From Intoshia linei (Eukaryota; Animalia; Orthonectida): DNA of 39,713 nucleotides. The notes below the pieces were generated by a model that was given only the letters and a program-made list of their open reading frames with translations, had not been told where the DNA came from and did not search any database. Below are positions 11,101 through 22,975 of this stretch, piece after piece. Numbering within the stretch: position 1 is the stretch's first letter; each line of letters starts with the position of its first letter. The stretch lies in contig LWCA01000214.1 in assembly GCA_001642005.1 (NCBI GenBank), positions 1-39,713 of the forward strand, written 5' to 3'. The translations under genes were made by a program, and so were the position numbers.

Positions 11101-14100
11101 GTTTGGAACTATGACTAAGAAAACGAAAACCAAGGAAGAAAATATTAAAAGTGAGGAAATTGCAGTGAAAAGTGAAATATTAGGAACTAGTGCAACTAAA
11201 CAAGCTCGTATGTCAAATAAAAGCCTTTCTGCAAAATGGAGTCCTTTGGTACCTACTGATGCGGCAAAAGTGTATTTAAATGATAATATACATTTAAATT
11301 TTTCAGAAAGTCTTGCTGCGAATATGGTTTCTAATGATTTTTCCTTGAACGTCAAAGCCTTTACTACATTGAATGAAGAACTGACTTTAAATTTGACTAA
11401 GACGTTTCTAGTTATCGATTTAATCGTCAAGTGGATAAATGTAAGATGGCTAGACACAAATACTACAGTTACATTAAGAACCCTTGAGTTTTTAGAGTTA
11501 TTTGTATCTAAAATGATTGCAGAATCAAAAAATATTACAGATTCAGATGCTAGTAACCTTATTCCAGGATTATTGATAAAAATTGGTGATTCTAAAGAAT
11601 CTATCAAGAAAAAAGTTCGATCAATTCTTGAAGACGTTTGTCAACTTTACCCATATGCCAAATTGTTTAATTTTGTTCTTGAAGCAGTCAATACCCGAAA
11701 TTCTAGACAAAGAATAGAGTGTCTCGAGCTAATCAATTGGTTATTATCAAATTTTCCCGACATGATTCCACCTTCAAATTCGGAATGCCCGCCAATTAAA
11801 TTGATTGCTTCTCAATTGAGTGACCGGGATAACAATGTTCGAAATGCAGCCATAAAATCATTAATTTCTGTATACAAATCATACGGAAATGTGCTTTTTA
11901 AAATGATTGGTCATTTAAGTAAAAATGCTATGGATCTGTTGAATGATCGATTAAAACGGGTTAAAGTTTCAAATAGTAAAACACCTATAGAAAACAGTAA
12001 TGATGCCAATAATCAAGTCAATCATCGAAATTTATCTTCTTACCCTGAAAATAACGATTACCCTATCAATGCGTATGAATCTTCAAATGATGACAATCAC
12101 GGTACTCGTCCGGTCAGTCCTGTTGGCTCCGCTTTTGCTGATTGTGACAATGAAATTCAAAATGATGAAAATTCGCTACATGAAGATTCTGAAAAAGATA
12201 ATAAACCACAGTATAAGCCTTTTTGGCCTAAAATAGAAAACCCTATTAATAGTTTAAAACTCCACAAAATTCCAGATTTAAATAGTATTGTCAATGCTGA
12301 AGATCAATTGGAAATTGAAAAACTCATCAATTGGAAGGTACCAGATTTAAAAAAAGTTGAAAATGTAGTAAACATTTTGGATTCTACAGTTTCTCTTCCC
12401 CCAGACAAAGAAACCGAAAATGATGAATTAAAAATGACCATGAAAAAAGAATTGTCCAGTAAGAACACCTTACAGAACTATACAGACAAAACTTTGGAAA
12501 CAAAACCACAAAAAACTGATCAACTCATTTTGTACATTATTCAGTCAGTTCGAAGTTCCAATAATAGCCAATCTTTATATTCTTTAAAACGTATAGAACA
12601 CATGTTAAAAGATCAATCAAAGTTAAATATTTTTACCCCAGATAATATGAATGTTTTTATCGTGAGTTGTGCGAAAAAAATCCAACATATGAGTTCAATT
12701 ATTGTAGATAAAAATTTAGTGGACACTAATATTGAACTGGACAGTACGAAATCTTTTATTCAATCTGAAATTGAACTTAAATGTTTTGAGAGTAATGACA
12801 AAATTAAAGAAAATTGTTCAGAAAATAATCTTATTGAAAGTGTGTTTAATTACATGATTTATACACTTACAAAATTTTTTCAAAACCACAATTTAGCTTC
12901 ATCGATATTTTCAAATTCCTTGTATAATATCATGTACAATTTGATTTTTACTATAACGTGCGATGAAATTATTAATCATTTCGAAATTAAGATTAATATT
13001 CGGTCAATTAGTTCTTTAATAGGAAATGTAATTTCCATGTCTAACCAATCCAACATAATATGTGCTTTGATTTTGTTATTGGCGAATGCAATCATCAAGG
13101 AAGAGTCTCACAGTTTTATCGATCTTAACATGAAATGTATTTGGAGAATATTAAAGAAATTTAACAAAATTATTCAAGATTTAAACGTGGAAGATATATT
13201 CAAGTCTGTGTCATCATTCTTTTCAATTATACAGGAATCTAATATAAATAAAACCAATGGTGGAAATATACAAAAATCTCTAGACCGGCAAATTCAGACT
13301 ATTAAAACGGTTGTTTTTACAATTGTAACTTCTTTAAGTTTATGTGATAAGGAAAAATTTAAAAATCTTGCAAATTATCAATTTGACAGTCATAATTCAA
13401 TTTTAAAAACTCTTATAACCAAGTGTATTTTAAAAGTTCAAGGAAAAAATTACAATAATGCCATTCATAATAACACTGAATTGCAAAATATTGTAGAATT
13501 GTTTAATGTAAAAAAAATTAATGAAGCAATTGTTAAATTGTTCGAATATTGCCAATCTGACTGTTCATTCGATGTCGAAATTTTATTGTTTTCTTATCCT
13601 AGATCTGAAAAAGAATCTATTTTGTCGGCTTATAATTTATATAAAAATGATTATAATGTTGGAAGAAATAATGTAAATTCAAATTTAAATGATACGCATG
13701 TTATTGGTTCAAAAGAAAATGATCCAAAGAAAATTATTCAAGATACCAGATCGCAATTGGATAAATTGCGCAATAAATTATATAAAAATAATATTCTTAA
13801 ACGACCTACAATTTTAAATGGAGATTTTGATTCTAAAAATAAGTTAAATTATACTAAAATTCATTCTGAATTGACTACTCCGTTAAATACACCTAGACCT
13901 AAAAATGAAGTAATTTTTTATATTTATTTTTACAATTAATTTAAAGCAAAGGCAGCCATTTATTTTACCTTTTTTAGATTGAAATTGAAAAAGTTTCTTC
14001 TATAAATAAACCTGAAGAAAGTACACAAAATATCAAGGAAGATAAAGAAGTGATAGCCAATTTATTTGAGAGGTTGCGGCAGATTCAAAATTCTAAATAA
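5108..14100 (+). CDS. CKAP5: Cytoskeleton-associated protein 5 (XMAP215/ch-TOG/Msps), TOG-domain microtubule polymerase, about 2109 aa; exons 5108-5170, 5468-5661, 6358-6481, 7408-7487, 8164-13909, 13978-14100
   Basis: N-terminus MSEEEDTSWMKLSVYDKCCHK|LWKARVDGYE matches the family start. TOG signatures include ESKNWKER, NKQWKTRLE, SLWKVRSEA and DRDNNVRNAA. C-terminus NLFERLRQIQNSK. All GT-AG junctions are phase-compatible. Probable 36-nt 5'UTR intron at 5065-5100. Confidence 0.95.
5760..6139 (+). repeat. Intronic repeat family A, copy 1 (hAT/Charlie-like end GAGAACCACTG)
   Basis: Homologous to 6891-7322 (inverted; 42-bp exact match 5983-6024 vs 6989-7030) and to 15455-15942 and 16040-16323. 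Confidence 0.8.
6891..7322 (-). repeat. Intronic repeat family A, copy 2 (inverted)
   Basis: Starts CAGTGGTTCCC and is reverse-complement homologous to 5760-6139, with internal subrepeats (ttttaccaacccttaagg twice). Confidence 0.8.
7715..7986. mobile_element. hAT (Charlie-like) MITE in CKAP5 intron 4
   Basis: TIRs CAGTTTCTTAAAC and GTTAATAAACGCTG. The 8-bp flanks TTCTAGGG and ATCTAAGG match at 6/8 with a central TCTA. Confidence 0.55.
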
Positions 14101-14116
14101 TACTTTACCTGATATA

Positions 14117-14134
14117 AATAAAACCTTCAATAAA
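14117..14134 (+). terminator. Candidate polyadenylation signals of CKAP5
   Basis: AATAAA at 14117-14122 and 14129-14134 just after the stop codon; weak evidence in AT-rich DNA. Confidence 0.4.
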
Positions 14135-14479
14135 TATGGACTGTATTTATTATAATAAACTTTCATTTTATAGGTATTTGTTTTCCCTAACTCGGTGTTG
14201 GACAAGACACTAATATTCTGATACTTTATTTTACTTTTATTCGAGATAATTATAGACCAAGTTAATTTTATTCATTTAACCTTTTTAGTCTAAATATTAT
14301 TTTTATTAATTGGTTCATTTCGTTAGTTTAATGTTAACATTAATACATTATGTATTAAATAATTAACAATATACGTTAAAATAAATGGTATTATCCTTGG
14401 ATATATTATTATGGTGATTATATTTAAACAAAGACTTATATTATATTCCAATTAAACACAATTTACTTGAAAATTACCC

Positions 14480-17400
14480 ATGACATGGAAAATTGTACAA
14501 AAAGGTTTATTATAATTATTACACTAAACGATTTTATTTTTTTATGATTTCAATAATCGTTGCAACTGCTGATTTATTCTTAGATGTAGGCACTATTATT
14601 ATAAAAAATTTGAGACTACGTTTAATGATAAAAAATTTAATTTATGGTTTTATTAATCTGTTCCAATTAGATAACTAGTTTAATCAAATGTTTAAATTGA
14701 TTATTATTATGTATTTGAACATTCCATGTAAATTTTTTAAATGGTATGATTCATTTCGTTTTAATTTTGTCATGTAGTATTATCAACGTTTGCAAATCTA
14801 TTATTTATCGTTTATTATGCGAATAAAATAAATTTTTTATTTTATTACGTAAAATATCATCTTAGGACAAAGCTTATGTTCATTTGCTAAACAAGTACCT
14901 GCTCCATCACGTGATTATTCAACGTTGGATTTGATTGATAATTGTGTAGTTATTAAGTACATTATTATATACAATACATAATTATGTGATATCGTGCAGT
15001 TTCCCCGATTTACAAATATTTATTGAATTTTATATTATATCGTAGGTAATATTTCGATTATGGAAAGTGACTTCCAGGACTTTATCAAAACATCCTTTGC
15101 AAATACGTTCAACTTTTGATGAATTTGAATATTTTCATAAATTACAATGTAATGAATTATAATGATAATACTTATCAGTCTCATTAATGTTGATTATTTT
15201 ATATTATTTTGCATCAAAATTTTGGGCATGTTTGATAAACTTCACCAAACTCGATCTAATGTAAAAATATACCTTATAAACACAAAATTATACCATTTAG
15301 AAGTAATCCAATTAATACCTTTAACCAGTGATTGCCGATTCAAATAGTGTATACCCCATTTAAAAATATTTATTTTTTGGACTCCAAAGGAAACATAAAA
15401 TTGATGAGAAATTTAAAGGTTTAATTTCATACGATTTGGCAAAATAGTGTTTTTTAAAAAAATATTGGAAAAAGGTGATTTTTCCCTTAATTTAGATTGA
15501 TAAAACTGGATTTTTTATTTTGAGTTTTTGATTAAGAAGTTGTTACTCATGAGATTTGGTCAAATCGGATTTTTGAAAAAAATATTGAAAAAAGAAGATT
15601 TTTATTTTGGGTTTTGGATTAAGAAGTTGTTGCTCATAAGATTTACAAAAATCGAATATTTCCCTTAAGTTAGGTTAATATTGATTTTTCGAAAAAATAT
15701 ATGTAAAAGTCGATTTTTTTTGAGGGTTTTAAATGGTATTTTTTATTAAATTTTATTAATAGAATTTTAAAAATAATAATGTAGCGATCGTCTAGGCTTT
15801 ACTGTAAATTCACAACATTTGGCAACTGTAATAAATACTAAAAATTTTAAAATTAAACAAAAGTTGATAAATTTTTTTTTATATTTTATTTGAATCTCAC
15901 CAATCCCAAGGAATATAATTTTGAACCCCCCATCGGGATCCAATGCTTTGACCCAAAAATGGTTGTTTTGCTGGTATTAGCAAATTTTTTTAAATGAATA
16001 TAAATGACTAATTTGTAAAATGTAAAACAAAAACAAGTTTTCAAAAAAATATCAGAAAAGGATTTTTTTCTTAATCTTCTTAATTAAGGGTTCGAATAAT
16101 TGGATTTTTGATTTTGATATAGGATTAAGAGGTTTTTATAAAATCGGTTAAAGGGAATTTTTACATAGAGGGCTTGAAATGGATTTTTTATTGAAGTTAA
16201 TGGTTAGATTAAAATATTAATTTAGCGATCATCTAGGTTTAGGGAAATAACATCTGGCAACTCTGCAATAATGTACTTTACAAAAATAAACTAATTTTTT
16301 AGTTTGGTGACAAGTGGCCACTGATATATAGAATAATTTATGTTATACATATCATATAATTAATGAAATTTACTTAAATAGATGAAATTTCGAGAATATA
16401 CGGAGTGGACAATTTGGAATACATAAAAAATTTGACCGTCGGAAAAGTACACATAATACATGTATATAAAACATAAAAATTCCCAGTAAACGGAAATTCT
16501 CCTTTTATAAATATATAATTCTCTAATAATATACATATATGTACTGTATAATTTAACCCATCGCGTGAATTTATTTATTTATCATCCTTTAAATAAAACG
16601 TAATGTATGTGTATGTCATACCCTTACATTAAAAAAATTATAGTCCTACAATTGAAAAACATTATTTCTAATGTAGTTTATCGATGGTCATGTTTTAATC
16701 CGAATTTAATTTTCAGAAATTGAGACCTTCAGAGTCAAAAACCCAATTTCCCCATTTTTTTTATAAATAAAATAAGTCCACAATTAAAAGAATATACATT
16801 CTGAGACGCATTTTAAAATCATTAACATTCTTGTAAATCCCATCCTCAGAAACTTGCATTTTCATAAAAAAGCACAAATTATATTTTTTTAAAAATTAAA
16901 AAGTGTTAGAATTTTAGGAATAAATAATAAACAAATAAGGATAAATATAATAATATAATATAAATAATAATAAATAAGGAAATAAAACATAAATTATGTG
17001 ATAATTATCAAAACCATCAGCATTATCATAAATTTTGTCGTTAGTAGATCAAAACCACATAATATTCTTTTTCTAAAAAATCACAGCTGTGTATTAGCTA
17101 AATTAATTAGTAACTGTATTACCCTAATACAGTTATTTCCAGTTAACATACACGTATATTCAAAAAATGTTAATCTAACAAATTAACGCCTTGATGATCA
17201 AAAAAAACACTAGAGTATTCATTTTGTTATTTGGTTGCTATTTTCAAAAAAAATTCCATAGATCGGGATTTGGGAACCGCTTATTATTATCTAAGCCTTG
17301 CAACGCGGATTTTAAATTTTTAGTAAATTAAAAAAAATTTAAAATTTGGTCCATAATTAATTAGAAGCAAATAATTAATAATGTAAATGACGACACTTTA

Positions 17401-18131
17401 AAATGCTACTATTCCAAATTCATAACAAAATTATATTTGAGTTTATGCTACATTTTAGAAAATTGTAAATTAAATGTAAAAAATTAAAGAAATTAATTTC
17501 TGATTCAGAAACCCAAATTTTTGTTGTTGATAAATTGAAAACGCAAATTTCTGAGATTTATAATTTAAATTACTGGAGCAGGACTGCGAACAGTTCCGAG
17601 AAGTTAGTTTTCTACTCGCTGATACATATTTTTAGTATGTCTTATTAACGAGAGATATTTATTGTTAGATAAGTAAAAATTTTTTAATGAAATAATAATA
17701 TAATTACCTTTAAAATTTGTACATTTAGATTGACTATTTGCCTAGATTACCAATTCGCGTATTACACAGAATAACAAATTTTTTGAATATAGAAGATATT
17801 GAAAATTTGAAAAAAGTTTCAATAAAAATGAATAGGGTGATTTAATTATAATTAATTGTACGTCATTATAATCATACCTCAAAATTATAAAACATTACAC
17901 GTCCTGTATTTGAAATAATCCTAGATATTTCATGATGAAAAATTATGGAAAAAACTTTACATTAGTAGAAGAAATCCTAATCCACCTTTAGAATTAATTC
18001 ACGCAGCAAAAAAAACAACTTGGCATAAACTATTTTACACTAATCGTATAAAATTAAGAGTAATTTAATAAAATTGTAAAATTTATTATTATAATTATTA
18101 GATTGAAATTCTTAGAGCAAGATCAAGATAA
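14480..18131 (+). CDS. FBXO36: F-box only protein 36-like, about 181 aa; exons 14480-14504 (tentative), 14866-14945, 15046-15148, 16382-16446, 17729-17836, 17925-18059, 18102-18131
   Basis: Spliced product ...QVPAPSRDYSTLDLIDNC|VIFRLWKVT...FHKLQ|YEISRIYGVDNLEYIKNLTVGK|IDYLPRLPIRVLHRITNFLNIEDIENLKKVS (F-box)...|IFHDEKLWKK...WHKLFYTNRIKLR|IEILRARSR*. It is colinear with recalled FBXO36 motifs (PPPSKDY, VIFRWWKIS, WRQLFFTNKLQLQ). All junctions are GT-AG and in phase. Confidence 0.85.
15455..16323 (+). repeat. Repeat family A, copies 3 and 4 in tandem inside FBXO36 intron 3
   Basis: Shares aaaaatattggaaaa..., agcgatc(g/a)tctagg, ggcaactct and aaacaaaagttgat...gaatctcac blocks with 5760-6139. Confidence 0.7.
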
Positions 18132-18242
18132 ATGAATACCTGTTCGATTGAAAGAATTAACATGTAAACTATAGTGTAATAAATTTTTAATTGTAATGTA
18201 AAATAAAAAAATTTGAAACTATAAAAAAAAAATATACACAAA

Positions 18243-19397
18243 TTATATTAATTTTTTCTTGTGAACACGGCCACCTTTATGTTTAATTTTTGTACGGTCA
18301 ATAAAGTAATTTGGATCATTATAAATTTTCTTAAACCTGGTATCATCACATTCTGTTTTAGATGGTGATTCAATTTTATTTTTTCGTTTGGGTTTAGGTT
18401 TACTGGAATCATTTAATTGTGATTTCATTTGCATTTTTTTTGTTTTCAAAAATTCATTATCGTTATCTAAACTGGAAAATTCATTGCTCCAATCAATTTC
18501 AATATTTTCATGTGAACTAGGCTTGGTACGATACGATTTAAAATTATCATCTTTTATATCATCAAACAACTTTTTGCGTTTTACATTAGATTCATCATCA
18601 TCACTGGAATCATTGCCCAACAAAGAATCGTCTATATCAAGATTATCAAAATCTTCAAAATTAGCTAAATTATTGAACACGCTTGATTTGTCGCGTCTAG
18701 TAACATCCCACGTTGACTGGGGGTTTGTCATATTAAATGAAGCAACATGAGACGAATCTGTAGTAATTTCACAAGCATCATTACACGTTGCAGTAGAAAT
18801 GGGTTTATCAAATTTCATATCATTTGGTACATATCTAAAATCTAAAGAAACTGAACTATTTTCAAATTCAAATCCATCACAATCATTATAAATTTTGTTA
18901 GCAGTTTCAGTTGAATCAAATTCAATTATACAGAAATAATATTTCAATTTGTTAAATTCAGCAATTCTGACTTGGTCTGATGCAGTGTAATTATTGTCAT
19001 GAGGTGTCAGTTTATTCATGTTCTCTTTGCCGTAATTTGATATATATATTTTTACTGATAATATTTTTCCTTTGCTAGAGAGAAATGAATTGACCAAAAC
19101 ATAAATTGTTTCAGTAGTGACTGAGGTCCATTCCATGTTACATAGACATAAACGATTTGATGTCAAATTTGTTTCAGATGTGCATTCTAATCCACTGTAT
19201 TCAGCTAGATATTTTGTGTTTAAATCTTTTTCTGGTTCTGATTCTTCAGAATTTGACGATTGTGGTGGTTCTTCATGATTTATTTTTCTTTTTAAATTTG
19301 GCAAATTCTTAAATCTATTGTCTTTTTCTTTTTTATCTTCTGATGGTACACAGAATAATGTGTCATGTTTAATGAAATGAAATCTATCATCTGACAT
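18243..19397 (-). CDS. ESF1: ESF1 nucleolar pre-rRNA processing protein homolog, single exon, 384 aa
   Basis: N-terminal DDRF; TSNRLCLCNMEW; GKILSVKIYISNYGKE; KYYFCIIEFDS...IYNDCDGFEFE...LDFRYVP; STWD; C-terminal NUC153-like DDTRFKKIYNDPNYFIDRT. Confidence 0.92.
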   Translation of the reverse strand: MSDDRFHFIKHDTLFCVPSEDKKEKDNRFKNLPNLKRKINHEEPPQSSNSEESEPEKDLNTKYLAEYSGLECTSETNLTSNRLCLCNMEWTSVTTETIYVLVNSFLSSKGKILSVKIYISNYGKENMNKLTPHDNNYTASDQVRIAEFNKLKYYFCIIEFDSTETANKIYNDCDGFEFENSSVSLDFRYVPNDMKFDKPISTATCNDACEITTDSSHVASFNMTNPQSTWDVTRRDKSSVFNNLANFEDFDNLDIDDSLLGNDSSDDDESNVKRKKLFDDIKDDNFKSYRTKPSSHENIEIDWSNEFSSLDNDNEFLKTKKMQMKSQLNDSSKPKPKRKNKIESPSKTECDDTRFKKIYNDPNYFIDRTKIKHKGGRVHKKKLI

Positions 19398-19734
19398 AAC
19401 GATAAAAGAAACGTTACCGAGATATATATTATAATAACTTTATTGTATGTTTGTAATAAAATTATTTTATGGATGGTGAAACTTTATTTCAAAAGTACCC
19501 AGACAATTGGTTGATAATATTTTTAAACAACTTGGTCAAGTTATCATATTTTAAACCTACTGGTTGCTTAGACATGTGATTAAAGTTTACATACTAATAT
19601 TCTTATTTCTAAAATATCCAACAGATTACTTTATTGAGCCAGAATTTGGCTGTTAGCCAATTCCATATTGTTCACTGTAATTAAATTAAAGTAACTTTAT
19701 TTTCTTTATGCATTAATTTTTTAAAAATCCTAGA

Positions 19735-20150
19735 AACGGTGAAATGAAGTGTAACATTTGGCAGAGACTAACTCAGATAAGTTCATCTTAAATAAAAGAC
19801 GTCCAAATCGGATCCGAACCTAATCAAGCAGAAAACAATTATATGACTAACCACTCTGCCAGTTAGACATTACAAGTGAGATATATCAAAAGTATATATT
19901 CGAATCTCGATTAGTATGATAGCGATATATCACTACATGAAGCCTTACTATTCGTCAGAATTTAATTAGAGAATTTTTAGGGAATTTAAAATCATTAACG
20001 AATAGTGAAGGCTGCCAGGGATTGGGCATAATTGATTCCATGGCTAGAGTTCAATTATTTTTTTGATCAATTTGTTAAAATTAATAAATTATATCCTCTT
20101 CGAACTGCTGAATATTTTGGAAGAATGTTGTATCATTAGTTGTAAAGCCG
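19735..20150 (+). pseudogene. Decayed coding-like relic, possibly from a non-LTR retrotransposon ORF2
   Basis: Higher GC than flanks with interrupted frames. The peptide EGCQGLGIIDSMARVQLF resembles the GGLGI-D motif downstream of RT in L1/Tx1/RTE-type ORF2. Confidence 0.2.
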
Positions 20151-20564
20151 ACAAAGTCGTAAATTTGTTAATTTAGTTATGAAACATAAATTTTAAATTG
20201 AATTGAACTTTATAAAATACCACCTAAAATTGGCCACTTTTCAGTTCCACTGTAAATTTAAAGTACAATGTTGCTTATTAATATCGATTCAATTAATTTA
20301 GACATATATTATTATAATAGAACCTTAAATTGTATATTGTTATTAATTTTTCATTTCTGCTCCATTTGTTTGTAGACGAGTAGCTTAATTTTTCGTATTT
20401 AATAATAATGAGATAATTAAAAATGTTGCGCATCAATGAATTACACGAATAAAATTCTATTTGAATTATGTATATATTTTAATACTTTTAAAACATGAGT
20501 AATATAAATTTTATCATTTACTTTACATGTATTTATGTATGATTATAAAAATTATTATATATAA

Positions 20565-20774
20565 CTAGGTTGACTGTTATATACTACGTACAAACAGCAC
20601 CTAGCTCTGCCGAGGGAACATTTTTATTATACCAAAAAATTAATTCACGTTGAAAATCTAATTTAAAAATTCTACTATTCACTATTATCAATCCTTAAAA
20701 AGAGGTGATTCCCAAATTTGTTTCAGGTGGAACCGTCATATCACATTACTTTTTACTTTAAAGTGAATTATTCC
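20565..20774 (-). mobile_element. 5'-truncated second copy of the Helitron-like element
   Basis: About 210-bp inverted homology to 3900-4108, ending in hairpin plus CTAG-T. Confidence 0.7.
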
Positions 20775-21101
20775 ACTTAATTTTTTTTTTAAAATTTGCA
20801 TAAAGAATTTTAAAAACAATTGTTATTCCATTTTTTTAATTTATTAGACAGAATGTGGGTAAAATATTAAAAATAAAGTAAAAACAATCCAATCCTAAAA
20901 ATTTTTATCAATAGCATAAATTCTAGAAAAAATAAAATTATAAAAACTTATTTTGTCATTTTCAATGTCATGATATATATTCAGTACCAATTTAATAAAT
21001 ACTTAAAAATACCAATTATGTATCAATAATTAACGGAATCTTCACTTTATAAACATATTTCAGGTGAATTTTACCAATCTTAAAAAGAATTGTAATAAAT
21101 A

Positions 21102-22671
21102 CACTGTACCAATTTGTTATGCAAATCATTAAAAGTTGTGTATTAGACTTTAAAAATGTTCAAAACTCATATTTTTTTTTGATGACGTGACTTTTAATTG
21201 ATGCAATTTATAATTACAATTATATATTTTAGTTAAGTTACACAAAAACTTTATATTTACATATTACGTTTTTATTAAATTTAAAGTGTACCAATTTATT
21301 AGGCAAATCGTAAATTCGATTAAAAAGCGTTCTAAGCGTGAACGAAAAAAATGAAATTGAAGGTTTACTAGCTAAAGGAAATAGTACTCTTCAAATTTCT
21401 CGATGTCTAGACCAGGATCACCGGACTATTAAAAAATGGCTGAATCCCCCATTAAAAAAAAAACGAAAGATCCAAATGCGGTCGAAAAAAAATAGTGTCA
21501 CCAAGAGAATTATCTCGAATTAAAAGGATCGTGTTACTAACACCACTTTCCACAAGTTCCAGCATATTCTCGTCTTGTAATGTAATAAATGTGTCTAAAA
21601 CGAGTCGCTGTAGGATTTTAAACTCTATTGCATCTGTAAAAAAACCCTAAGAAGATCTATTTTGAAACCTATCTTTTAGGAAAAACGAATAAAATCGACT
21701 AAAATCAATTTAGAGACAAATTCCAAAAGGTTATATTTACTGATGAGTGCAGAGCAACATTAGATGGTCTGAATGGGTGGTCAAAAGAATGGGTGTTAAA
21801 TGACGTCAAAGTTTCATCAATATTACGTCGCAAACAAGGTGGTGGTGGTGTTATGTTTTGGGTAGGTATAATCGGAAATGAAGTATTAGGACCATATAAA
21901 GTGCCCAGAGGAGTGAAAATAAATTCGAAGTAGTAATACTTAATATTTTGGCATTTTTAAATAGTTACGTTTAGTTACACTGAATTCTTGGAAGAAAACT
22001 ACCTTCTATGGTTTAATTCGAAAAGTAAAGAATTTTAAAAAAATATTAGTATTCATGCAGGATAATGCGCCTTCCCATTCATCATTTTCACAAGGACATT
22101 TCTGTCGAAAAAGGGCATTAAGGGAATAAACTTAATGATTTGACCTCCTAACAGTCCTGACTTAAACCTAATAGAAAATTATTGGAACATGATAAAGATG
22201 TAATCAGTTTTATAATATTTTAATATCACATTAAATATACTATTTAGAAAGTTATATGCTGCTGGGACTCAGTATAACTCCCTGGAGATGCTATGGGATG
22301 CCATCAAGCAGGCGTCTAGTTCAATCCTATCAGAACGAGTCAAAACTTGACCGATTAAGTGGATGGTAAGTTTATTAAAGTCTTACAACTTCATGGCAAC
22401 CATATTAAATATTAGACCTACATTTTAATGATATGTTCGGTTGCATTTATCAATATTCATTACATTTGCATAATATTTTGGTACACTTAGTATTTCTATT
22501 ATTTAGATTATAGTTAATTATTTTAATTTAAATGTTTATATTAATATTTTTTTCATTTTTAATACCTGCGGAGACTGTTTAAGTACAATCTCCAAAAAAA
22601 TCAAAAAATTTACTTTACTTTTTATTATGTTTTACTATTTTTTAATATCTACATAACAAATTGGTAAAGTG
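21102..22671 (+). mobile_element. Tc1-like DNA transposon, DD37E (TRT-type), 1570 bp, IR/DR ends, inactive
   Basis: Left end TA|CACTGTACCAATTTGTTATGCAAAT; right end reverse complement CACTTTACCAATTTGTTATGTAGAT. Inner repeats at 21284-21308 and 22464-22488. Encloses a transposase pseudogene. Confidence 0.9.
21314..22415 (+). pseudogene. DD37E transposase pseudogene with two mini-introns (21933-21974, 22200-22247)
   Basis: HTH region LQISRCLDQDHRTIKK; VIFTDECRATLDG (D1 at 21742); RRKQGGGGVMFW; FMQDNAPSH (D2 at 22061); PPNSPDLNLIENYW (E at 22174). D2-E spacing is 110 nt, i.e. 37 codons minus one base. Several frameshifts and stops. Confidence 0.88.
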
Positions 22672-22975
22672 TGTATAAAAATGATAATAACAAAGTTGTA
22701 TTACTTTTAGTTTCGTTGTTGTACTTTAAATTTAAAACAAAATGTTTTGAAAATGAGACTGAAATTTAAAAATTGCGTAGCAAGGAAAAAAATTTCCAAG
22801 GAATGAATTATATACATTTTCACCCATATTTCTTTATTAGAAATGTGTAGACGTTCAATGCACATTTTTTTGAAATTGAGTAGGATCAATTATGGCCTCA
22901 TAGTTTTACCTTTACTAATGTTTTTAGAGAATTAAAAAGGGATAATCATTTATCTATATTATTTGATACACAATG

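Noticed and set aside
8496-12236. Many short ORFs overlapping CKAP5 on both strands, including 10900-11607
   Set aside because: Shadow frames of a long real exon with no independent motifs.
15000-15046. Apparent in-frame TAG suggesting stop-codon reassignment or readthrough
   Set aside because: The TAG is the FBXO36 splice acceptor, and the 5.7-kb CKAP5 exon has no in-frame stops, so the standard code fits.
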